From Nymphaea colorata (taxonomy: Eukaryota): a stretch of 64,000 nt of DNA. Under the pieces are notes generated by a model. The model had not been told where the DNA came from. It saw only the letters and a list, made by a program, of their open reading frames with translations, and did not search any database. The DNA lies in contig NC_045138.2 of NCBI RefSeq assembly GCF_008831285.2, positions 4,836,001 through 4,900,000 on the forward strand. Direction: 5' to 3'. Both the position numbers and the translations under genes were made by a program. This document shows, one piece after another, positions 1 to 9,962 of the stretch; position 1 is the stretch's first letter; each line of letters begins with the position of its first letter.

Positions 1-1275
1 CTTTTTCTAAAGGCCGGCCACTAGTTTGAGCCGAAATTTTTTTCAGGAGCGAACTAAACAGTCCAACGAACTTATTCGGGTAGGGTCAAACTAAACACGA
101 ATATAAAAAACAGATTAAACAACCAATTTTTTTTTTTTGAATTTTTATAGTGTAATTTTTTTTTTCAATTAGTTGGGGTGGGGCCACTGCCTAGGCGGCC
201 CCCCCTCCCTCTGAGAATCCCACCTACCGTAGGGTGGAGGGAACACTCACCTATCAAAGACGACAGAAGGAGCCCCCTGCGGCTCCTCCCTCCTGGTCGC
301 TAAAGCCTGCAGGTTGGGTGTTGAGGAGGGAAGCTGTGCCGTCGGGGCTCCACTTGTCCAACCATGATCGTTCTCAACCCACAAACGTTGGTGGTGGGCA
401 AAACAAGAATATCTTACCCTTTGTGCCCGAGTCCTTTGTGCTCGAGTGGTCGGTGCAAATGGTTGGGGTGGGAGCTGGTATGGGGTTAGTTCCCATTTCG
501 AATCCTAGGGTGTTAATTCCTTGTGCCAGAAAAAAAGGACGTCACAAACACATAATTTGAAATGTGGCATGGGCAGCACCTCAAAACACCAAAAGCAGGT
601 TTCATAGTTTAGAGTGACAAAGGATTAAATGAGGAAGATAAAATACTTCTCTTTTTCACCCAAAAGAAGATGTTAAAATACTTCTCTTTTTCACCCAAAA
701 GAAGTAGTTGGTATTAGAGTTTTCATAGGTTAATTAAAAATGACCAAATATCTCAGTATGGAAATACCATGTTAGTCAATCCTCAATTATTCATGGAACA
801 CCCATCAAGATATAAGTAATAAAAATATTTATAAATAACACGACATAACGCAGCTTGGGCTTCCATTGTCCTGTTTCTTTGTCTATTTACTGCATCCAGC
901 TGTTCATGCTATCTTCTTGACAGTAACTTCTGCAAAAGAGGAAATGGGAAGTTATGTTCAATATAAAAAGTGACACAATAAAGTTTGAAATTTGCAAAAG
1001 TACCTTGGCATGTCTCTTTACTGCAAGTGAAGAGTACCATCTCGAGTAACTTCTAGCAAAAAAGGAGAAAAAAAGATTCAATGATGCCAGACCAAATTGA
1101 GAACAACCGCAAGATGGCCAGACAAGAAAGTCACTTTCTTAAAGGACCACAAAGTATACAGTCCTGGGAATTAATAAGCCGGGCTTTCTCTCGGAGCCGT
1201 GATTTCTCTTTCAGAGGTGAACTACTAGAGTTGTTTTTATGCATTAAATTCATTGACATGGAGACACCAACCAGT

Positions 1276-1870
1276 TGGGGATACGGCTGTTCATGAGACG
1301 AGTTCGATTTCGTTAGCTCGAGCTCAACTTGGCTCCAGTTATTAAAACTCGAGCTCGGCTCGATTCAGCTCGAGCCGAAGATTGACTTGAGCCAAGCTAA
1401 ACATTTCATTAAAAAGTTATTTTCCTACATACTAGTCCTGTGCATATCCATTTGAGCAATCTACTTTTTTTTTTTGATAATTTTATATGACCCTACTTTA
1501 TATATTTTCTTTCTTAAGCTTAATCGAGCCGCACCCACTTGACTCGAGCTCGACTTGTTTACGTTGTCGAGTTCATCTCTTAACTAGAACTCGACTCGTT
1601 TAATAAATGAGTCGAGTTCAATTCAAGTTTATCAAGCGAATTCGAGTCGAGTTGAGCTCGAGTTAGCTCGACTCGTTGAACAGCCCTAGTTGGAGGCGGA
1701 TGCAAGGGGAGAGTGCCAGAAGATTTTCAAAAATTCAAAATTTTGCATGTAAAATTTAAAAATTCTAGTATAAGTTATATTTAGATTTTGAAAAATTATA
1801 TTTTGGCTCCTTTAAAAAATTAAAACTATAGTTTGCCCCTGCAATGAAAAATTCATAGATCCACCCCCTG
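1276..1870. mobile_element. Short hAT-like MITE (GGCGGA...TCCACCCCCTG family), interrupted at its left end by a second MITE
   Basis: Right end GATCCACCCCCTG is followed by CAACCAGT (1871-1878), and the same 8-mer lies at 1268-1275. The AT-rich core resembles many other copies in the window (e.g. 3929-4119, 18539-18730, 32008-32262, 57088-57210). Confidence 0.55.
1282..1688. mobile_element. hAT-type MITE, CTCGAG/GAGCTC-rich family
   Basis: TIRs TACGGCTGTTCA / TGAACAGCCCTA; degenerate 8-bp TSD GTTGGGGA/GTTGGAGG. An inverted full copy lies at 37326-37792 and a partial copy at 21548-21770. Confidence 0.8.
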
Positions 1871-2387
1871 CAACCAGTTGTATCAAGAGGGCAATCATGT
1901 CAAGCTTGCTGATGCAAACTTACAATGAGAATGAACTTTTTCCTTTGTACCAACCATGGACAAGAAAATTAATAACAGAAATCAACTGCCAAGTCTGTAT
2001 TAGGAACGAGGTCCCATTTCTCTCTCTCTCTCTCTCTCTCACTTACGGCACCAAGAAGTCGAAGAAAAAAAAGGAAAAAAAAAAACAAAATTTTTATGTG
2101 GTTCAAAAACAAGGTTTTCTTGTGTCCAGGGCCGTACAGAGTTTTTCCACCATCACTAAAAAAAAAATAAAAATCAAAGAATACAGGAAACTCCCACACC
2201 CTTCTCCTTAAGCAAAAAATAAAATTACATAAATACCCTTACAAAAAATATACTGAAATTAAGGAAGCCAAGAAACCCTCTACCCCTTATCCTTAAAGGG
2301 CAAACTCACAAAAAAATAAAATTACATGAATGCCTTTACAAAAAATCTATGAAAATTAGGCCCCGTTCAGGAAAAATCCTATGCATG

Positions 2388-3347
2388 GGGTGAAAATAGT
2401 ATGGGCAGGTGAAGTTTAACGCGGTGAGTGTAACACAGATCAAACGTCGAAAAATTTAACACAAAAAAACTGTACGAGCGGGTGAAGTTTAACACGCAAA
2501 AAAGTCCAACCTATGGAGGTCGGATTTTTTCCCACGAATTTTTTTGGGAGCCGTTAGGGCCCTCTCGTTCTCTCATTTTTTCTCCTCTTTTCCCTATGTT
2601 GACACCCTTCTTCCCCTCTCCTCTCTCGCTGCCTCACCTCTCTTGCTCTCTCATTCCTCTCCTCTCTCGCTGCCTTTCCTCTCTCTGACACTAAGACAGC
2701 GGGTGAAAATGGTATGGGCAGGTGAAGTTTAACGTGATGAGAGTAACACAGATCAAACGTCAAAAAATTTAACACGAAAAAACTGTACGAGCGGGTGAAG
2801 TTTAACACGCAAAAAAGTCCAACCTATGGAGGTCGAATTTTTTCACACGGATTTTTTTGGGAGCCGTTAGGGCCCTCTCGTTCTCTCATTTTTTCTCCTC
2901 TTTTCCCTACGCCCTTCTTCCCCTCTCCTCTCTCGCTGCCTCACCTCTCTCGCTCTCTCGTTCCTCTCCTCTCTCGCTGCATCACCTCTCTCGCTCTCTC
3001 GTTCCTCTCCTCTCTCGCTACCTTTCCTCTCTCTCACACTAAGACAGCGGGTGAAAATGGTATGGGCAGGTGAAGTTTAACGTGGTGAGTGTAACACAGA
3101 TCAAACGTCAAAAAATTTAATACGAAAAAACTGTACGAATGGGTGAAGTTTAACGCGCAAAAAAGTCCAACCTGTGGAGGTCGAATTTTTTCACGCGGAT
3201 TTTTTTGGGAGTGGTTAGGGCCCTCCCGTTCTCCCATTTTTTCTCCTCTTTTCCCTAAGTCGATGCCCTTCTTCCCCTCTCCTCTCTCGCTGCCTCACCT
3301 CTCTCGCTCTCTCGTTCCTCTCCTCTCTCGCTGCCTTTCCTCTCCCT
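2388..3347 (+). repeat. Tandem repeat, about 3 units of 313-348 bp
   Basis: Units start GGGTGAAAAT(A/G)GTATGGGCAGG at about 2388, 2701 and 3049. The repeated ORFs at 2482, 2795 and 3143 have the same spacing. Unit 2 has a 35-bp internal expansion in the CT-rich part. Confidence 0.9.
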
Positions 3348-3928
3348 CACACTCAAACAGTTTTAAGATAACTATTGCTAATTTACATTTTCCTTTCACA
3401 CACACACAAGCGATATGTCCGAGACCATTTGGGTGAAGGACAGCAGCCAAACCACTTAAATTCTTGTTAGAAAATATAGAATTATCCTCGGTGATAAATA
3501 TGAAATGTATCATGTAAGGTCTCTTCCTTACATATGGTTTTTTGGCTTCATGTTTATATTGGAGGATTTTTTGTGGGGTATTAGACACTATTTAAAGTGT
3601 GACATTAGTTTGTAGTGGCTCTAAGGACAGTTTAGAAACATAAAACATTTTCCAGGCATTTTTTATGATCGGCCATTGGCGTCCCAAGGTAATCCGCAAT
3701 GGTTGGGCACAAAGCATCGGTAGGCTCAGGGCTTAATGTGGAGAGGTGGCGAAAATTATGAACTAAGTAGCACCCACCATTTGTAGTTCAAAGGAGTAGC
3801 CAGCACCCACAAGAGGATTGATTTGATGACCATGCTTGTACTGCTTATATAAAATTTAAAAAAATGATATTTTCGGTAATTAATTTCAAGGTCTCCATTG
3901 CAAACCTGCTGGAGGAGGCTGGAGGCCC

Positions 3929-4119
3929 TAGGGGAGGAGCCAATGGGGGAGCGACATGGGCCCAGGCCCCATTTCAATTTTTTTTTAAAAATTACATATA
4001 AAATTTAGAAAATTTTACTTGTTTTATATAAAAGTTTTGAAAAATAATATTTCAGCCCTCATCAAAATCTAAAATATTTAATTCGGCCCCTTCATAAAAA
4101 ATTTCTAGCTCCACCCCTA
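3929..4119. mobile_element. Short hAT-like MITE (TAGGGG...CCCCTA)
   Basis: TIRs TAGGGGAGGAGC / GCTCCACCCCTA; flanks GGAGGCCC / GAAGGCCT match at 6 of 8 positions. The core is shared with 32008-32262 and 52850-52985. Confidence 0.7.
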
Positions 4120-4340
4120 GAAGGCCTCCATCCTTTATTATAAAGATATGAATATATACAAATGCTTTCAATGGTAGAGCACTCTAAGTTTAAATGTCAA
4201 ACTTTAAAGAGCACTCACATACTAAAAAAACTGAAAATAACTTTTTATATGTAAATAAAGTAAGGCCTTCATTTATCTTATATAATTTTTTTGAAAAATT
4301 ATATTTGGTTTCTCATTAAAATTTTGAAATTATAATTGAG

Positions 4341-4342
<2 letters not shown>

Positions 4343-4422
<80 letters not shown>
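4343..4422. repeat. Compound (CA)n(TA)n microsatellite
   Basis: Directly visible. Other long (TA)n tracts at about 5147-5211, 5294-5337, 23281-23308, 29444-29506, 39234-39320, 46728-46769 and 46912-46948. Confidence 0.95.
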
Positions 4423-4424
<2 letters not shown>

Positions 4425-5144
4425 CTTGGCGCAAAGAAGGTGAACTAATCAATGGGAAGGTCAACTTGAGCATGATTTGGTGTATGACCAAGTTCATAAT
4501 CTTTCCAACTTGCCTTCCCCCACCAGCTTTAAGGGCGTGTTTGTTTCATAAGGTTTCCAGGTCAAGAGAGGTCAATTTCCTTGGGAAAACAACAAACTTT
4601 TTTTGGGTAATGGAAAATTTGTGGGCTTAGCATTACTTGGAGCATTGTCGCCTTCTATAATGAGTCACATAATGTAAGAACAAGGAAGATTTTTTTTGTT
4701 GGTTTCTGACCTCAAATTCTTTCACTGTTTTTATTTCAAAATTCGACCTTTCTTTTTCTTTTTATGATTGAAACAAGTTTAAGTAGATTTTTGAATTAAA
4801 TTGGTCTGATTCAAATCAGAATCCACTCTGAACTGCATGGACTAAAATAAATTTATATTTTTTTAGTGAAAATTCTGAAAGAATAAAAAAATGAAAACAT
4901 AAAGAAGCACCGAGGAATCAACAAAATTCACTCAGGCTCCTTTCAGACTGCACGGCTTTGACAATTCTGATGGGAAGAAACATGGCCAAATGGTCATTTC
5001 CTTGAGAACAAGACAAAACCATTTAATGGTACAATCTTGTCAAATACAACTTGTCTTAGTTCGCTTCAGAAGAAATTCAGATGCCACTATATTCCTCACA
5101 AATAAATTAAATTTTAAGAAAAAACGCGATGCCTAGGAAACATC

Positions 5145-5212
<68 letters not shown>

Positions 5213-5290
5213 CTAAAATTTTTGAACAGTTTATCATGATTGATTGAGAAATTTTTTAATCAATCTTTTAAAAAGTTAGAGTGACCGTTC

Positions 5291-5340
<50 letters not shown>

Positions 5341-6508
5341 AAAAAAAAAAGAAATTGGTAAATACAATCTTAAGTAAAGACAAAAACTATGCCAACTAAA
5401 AATAAATATTAAAATGGATTTTATGCAATCTTACGAGTACAATCTTATTTAAGAGGATTTGATGAGCAATTTGACTTGAATAATGTTTTTTTAATAATAA
5501 AAAATGATGTGATCTTCTAACATCAAAATTTTTGATAATAAAAAAATCACAATTTTTTATAAAATAACTTGAAATATAAAATATTTTAAATTAGATTCCC
5601 GTTTCATATTTTTTACGTTTTCTTTACAATACTATTTTAACTTCAACCCCGGATCGACAGCGCACTGCATGATTATCACACATGTTTCTTTTTTCTTTCT
5701 TCTTTTTTTTGGAAATTAAGGTGAATAACAACTCGTATTTTTAACTTTAAAGTAATTTTATATTAACCCTAAAGATTTGTCGTGATGGACGATGATTCCT
5801 AGGCGCTCCATATAATGAGGCTTCATGTGACGTCACCAAATTTTCTCGGATTGAAATTTCTTCATGTAGTCCAAAGCCTACACTGTACAGCTTACTTGCA
5901 ACTGCAACTGTTCAACCAGAAAAGTAAAAATAAAAAAAAAGTTACTTGACTATGTGTATTTGAGAGGTGAGCAAAAAGAGAAAAAAAATAAGAGCCAAAA
6001 CTTTTGGCTCTCTTTCTTTTAGGGTTTAAAATTGAGTGACTATTGACATCTATACATTGAACCTACCCTCTTTTAATATAGAAACATATCTTCATGAGTC
6101 AAAGACACGGCCGAATAACCCACTTTTAAGGCGAAGCCATATATAGGTTGGTGTGGATAGTTACAAACACAAAGTTATTAATTTTTTTTATTTTTACATT
6201 AAGATCGTTTTGTTATATATATAAGTGTCCATTCAAGTATGAAAACTTATGTATCAGTGTTCCTTTAAAAAAAAAATTTCTCTCTGCTACTGATTATGTG
6301 CATTTTGTAAACAAAATTAATATCAAGTTGGCTTTATATATAAATCAGACGCTTTCAAATGAGTTCTGGATCAAAAGTAAATATTTTTAACAACAGAATT
6401 ATGGGATACGAAGGCGGTCCCGTTCACTGCGGGTTCCTCTTTAAATCCGGGAACCAAGTAGGGCAGCATCGTTTCACTTGTCCTATACACAGGAAGAGAA
6501 GAAAAAAG

Positions 6509-7399
6509 ATGGGAGATAAGATAAGCCTTCCCCCGGGTCTCAAGTTCTTCCCAACCGATGAAGATCTCGTTCTTCACTATCTCTATAGGAAGGTCAAACT
6601 TCTCCCTTGCTACTCAGACTTCATCGCAGAGATAGATCTTCACAGCTACAATCCTTGGGAGCTACCAGGTCTCTCTCTGCCTCTCTCTCTCTCTCTTCTT
6701 TGATTTGGATCTTTCTTTTGGAAAAATAAATTTCCAACCAGTAAACAATATCACATAAGAAGTTGATTAGCTGATGGATCAGTCAGCTGCTACTTTCCGT
6801 GCCTCACCTTTTTATACAAAAGAAAATGTTGGTAGTTGGAATTTGGGTTGGAAACTTCACTTGCATTTACAACAGAGTGGAGGCCAAGCCTGATTGTGAA
6901 GACGATGACAGCTGTAAGAGTTGAGTTTTCCTAAGTGCCAACACTAAACAGCTTATTCCGTATAAGTTGTATGAAACGATGAATTTGGTGGAAATATACA
7001 TACTTTAAAGTTCAAGTTCTCTGAATACTTTCACTGAAAGCATGAATCTTTATATATAGTGTGGAAGCCATTGAGATGTGTTGAAACTTTTGGTGTTGGG
7101 ATTGGTCAGGTAAGGCTTCGGGTGGCAGCAAAGAATGGTATTTCTACAGCCAAAAACCAAGAAACTACAGGAAGAACTCCATAAAATACAGACCTGCTGC
7201 ATCTGGACATTGGCGGGTGACAGGCATGGATGAGCCCATATCAAATGGGAGCACTATCGTTGGGTGTAAGAGATCTCTGGTCTTCTACACCGGCAAGGCT
7301 CCAAGTGGGACAAAAACTGACTGGGTCATGGATGAATATAGCCTCTTGGAATCAACAACCAGGGAGTGTAAGAAGCGTGGGAGCTCAAGAACTGTTAAG

Positions 7400-7454
<55 letters not shown>

Positions 7455-7677
7455 CTCTTTCTAAATGGGTAGGGAAAATATGCAGGTATCTGGAGACTGG
7501 GTATTATGCAGGATCAAAGAGAGAGGCCTTCATTCAGAGATGAAATGTGAAGAAGATGATGATGATGAAGGGACAGAGTTGTCAGCTATGGATGAGATCT
7601 TCTTTTCCTTGGCGGACGACTTCGATGAAATAACTTCACCAATCAACCAGCAGTTCGCTGCCGCATTCTTGCACTAG
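6509..7677 (+). CDS. XND1-like: NAC-domain transcription factor, XND1/ANAC104-like, copy 1 (exons 6509-6668, 7110-7393, 7486-7677; 211 aa)
   Basis: NAC motifs LPPG.KFFPTD, PWELPG, EWYFYS, GHWRVTG, KRSLVFY.G.AP.G.KTDWVMDEY and WVLCRI. GT-AG introns with consistent phases (1, then 0). The acidic tail DDDDEGTELSAMDEIFFSLADDFDEITSP matches the XND1 C-terminus pattern. Confidence 0.93.
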
Positions 7678-8424
7678 CTTTGTTTTTCTCACATTTTCTC
7701 GGCTTCTTCTCGCTGAAATTGCAACTAGGAAAAGCGATTACCGACAGAATTTTCCTTTTCGTCTTTTTTCTTGGATGGTAGTTACAACTTGCAGAGAGAG
7801 CATATGTAAGAAGATTAGTGAGGAAGATTAGATCCCCCTGTGAACTCATTGTTTCTTTTTCTGTCAACTAGCGGCTTTCACGTGTTACCCAGCAATTTTA
7901 TACAACTCAGATCGAGTACTCAAGTTATATTATACGTGTGTGGGTGTGTCTACATATGTGTTTGCTAATTAGCGGACTACTTCCATTACCGGATGTTTAT
8001 TTTTTTGTTGTGTGTTGCCACAAACTGTCGCAAAAGATGCATTTGCAACCCTCAATTGGTTTTCTATGATTTTTTATGACAAAACTCACTTTTCTCGACA
8101 GTTTTTAGCCAAACAGAATAAAAAAATTAAGTGCCAGATCTTGTGAAATTAAGCATTGAAGTACTTTGTCCTAGATAATATAATGGTTACTCCATATATA
8201 TCATGGTTATGTCGCTGCAAGTACTTGATCAACCGTACACAAGAACCATTTTGTTAATATAAAATCTGAGAAGAAAGTGTTTACCAAAGAACAAACATGC
8301 CTAAGGATGATCCATCAAGCTTAGAAAGCTTAGTTCGCAAGGAATTTAATTAGTTTGTAACCAAAAGATATGGGGCCACACTGAATAAGAAGAAATCAAA
8401 TGCCTGAACAATGAGAGGAGAACA

Positions 8425-8826
8425 TGTTGGGATTTCTCCATCTGGATAGTCCTGCGTCGATACGAGTCCATATCCGTTTCGAACCCTTAAGTATAAATGT
8501 TTGTGTCTTGTGATGATGTGAGACACATCAAGTTTTTACCGTCTGGGTAATCGGTCCCCTTAGCCATACATGAATTGCCTGTCCCCATCACTGGGTTGTT
8601 ATGGCTGAGGAGAGAAACCCATTGCCGCCGCCGCCGCTACCTCCGCAGGGGAACAACTCTATGGGGACTGTAGCCGTTCTTCCCACAGCCGCCGACATTC
8701 AGTCGGCGGTCGCCTCTACAGGTTCTACTTCCGCCCTAAATGAAACCACATGAATCATGAATGTTTGTTTTCGATTTCTGCATTTTTCGTTTGTGCGCTA
8801 TCTAGATTTCTCGCAAAGCTCCAACA
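8425..8826 (+). repeat. 5' LTR (402 bp)
   Basis: TGTTGGG...CTCCAACA; near-identical to 14927-15334. Confidence 0.95.
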
Positions 8827-8827
8827 A

Positions 8828-8843
8828 TGGGTTATGGTCCCAC
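8828..8843 (+). promoter_or_regulatory. Primer-binding site complementary to the anticodon arm of tRNA-iMet (half-tRNA priming)
   Basis: TGGGTTATGGTCCCAC starts 1 nt after the LTR and matches TGGGTTATGGGCCCAC (reverse complement of the plant tRNA-iMet anticodon arm, recalled) at 15 of 16 positions. No TGGTATCAGAGC 3'-end PBS is present. Confidence 0.8.
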
Positions 8844-9650
8844 TCCACGATTCCTCTGTGCGTTTCCCTTTGCATTCTGTTTTGACGCAAAGAGAATATG
8901 GCAGAAATGTGGAAAGAGGGCGACGGCCTCCATCGCGTGGGTGATGGAAGCCGTCGGCTTCCATTGCAGCCGCAGAGACACGAACATGGACGGTCGGTTG
9001 TGGGCAGGCGTTTGTCGTCGAAAGCGTCGGGCGATCCTCATTCCCGTTCCCCCTTTTCTGTTTTTCATGGCTGCCCAGACGCAAGGGAGCCGTTGGGGAG
9101 AGGGTCGAACCAGGATGGGCTGGAGGCCGTCCGTGAGATCTTTCAGATCCATGCCTTGGGTCTCGAAACCTTGCGTCGTCCGGTCGCCATTCACAGGCAG
9201 CGGGAAGGCGGAATCGAAGATCGCCCGATGCCCCCCATCGTTTTCTGTTTACAGCATCAAAGAAGAGGGGGCTGGACGTTCTTGCCCACCAGCCACTGGG
9301 AGTGGCCGGCGGTGTCGCCGGGTGCCGGACGGCGCCAGGCGACCGCCGGAGACGTCCCACGGCCGGTCGGAGGGCCGTCTGTAACATCTCCCGCCGCCCC
9401 CATCACCCCTGCCGTTGGGCTAGGGCAGCGGCGGTGGGAGGCGTTTCGTTTTCCCGAAACCGCTCGCGCGGGTGGGTCGGACCCGGGTCGGGTCATACTG
9501 ACCCGACTCGGATCCATAAAGATTATATATAAAAAAAAACCGTTTTCCTTTGCCGCTCGACTTACGCCCGCCCGCTTTGATTTCAAAGTTTTCGGATCGG
9601 GTCGGGTTCGGTTGGACCCGATCCGTATCCATTTGGTCTGATTTTATAAA

Positions 9651-9962
9651 CAGAACCGATTCGGTCCGTTTCAGAACCGGTTTGGTCCGTTTCAGGACCG
9701 GTTCAGGCTTTTAGAGACCGATTCGATCCGATTCAAGACCGATTCGGGCCGTTTCAGAACCGGTTCGGGCATTTTAAGACCGATTCAGTTATTTTCTGGA
9801 CCGGTTCAGTTGATTTTCAGACCGGTTCATTCAGTTTTAGAACCGGTTTGGGTCCTTTTGAACCGATTCAGAGTTGTTTGAGACCGGTTCTTTCCCTTTT
9901 CAGACCGGTTCATCTAGTTTTCCACCGGTTCGGTCCATTTAGGACTGATACAGGACCGGTTC
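9651..9962 (+). repeat. Degenerate 20-21-bp tandem array with conserved ACCG(G/A)TT(C) core, about 15 units, in the copia leader
   Basis: ACCG cores start at 9655, 9676, 9697, 9717, 9738, 9759, 9779, 9800, 9821, 9842, 9862, 9883, 9904 and 9924, with a variant at 9944. Confidence 0.9.

Noticed and set aside
990..1140. KYLGM motif suggesting a LINE RT fragment
   Set aside because: Too short and interrupted to support a call.
2482..3436. Three similar small ORFs (MKFNTQKSPTYGGRIFS...)
   Set aside because: They start at GTG, have variable frames and ends, and are by-products of the tandem repeat.
8755..9641. Overlapping ORFs of 185-247 aa on both strands in the copia leader
   Set aside because: GC-rich sequence opens several frames at once; the translations are Arg/Pro/Gly-rich with no recognisable domain.
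9651..9962. CRISPR-like look of constant cores with variable spacers
   Set aside because: Cores are only about 8 nt and spacers about 12 nt and mutually related; the context is a plant retrotransposon with no cas genes.
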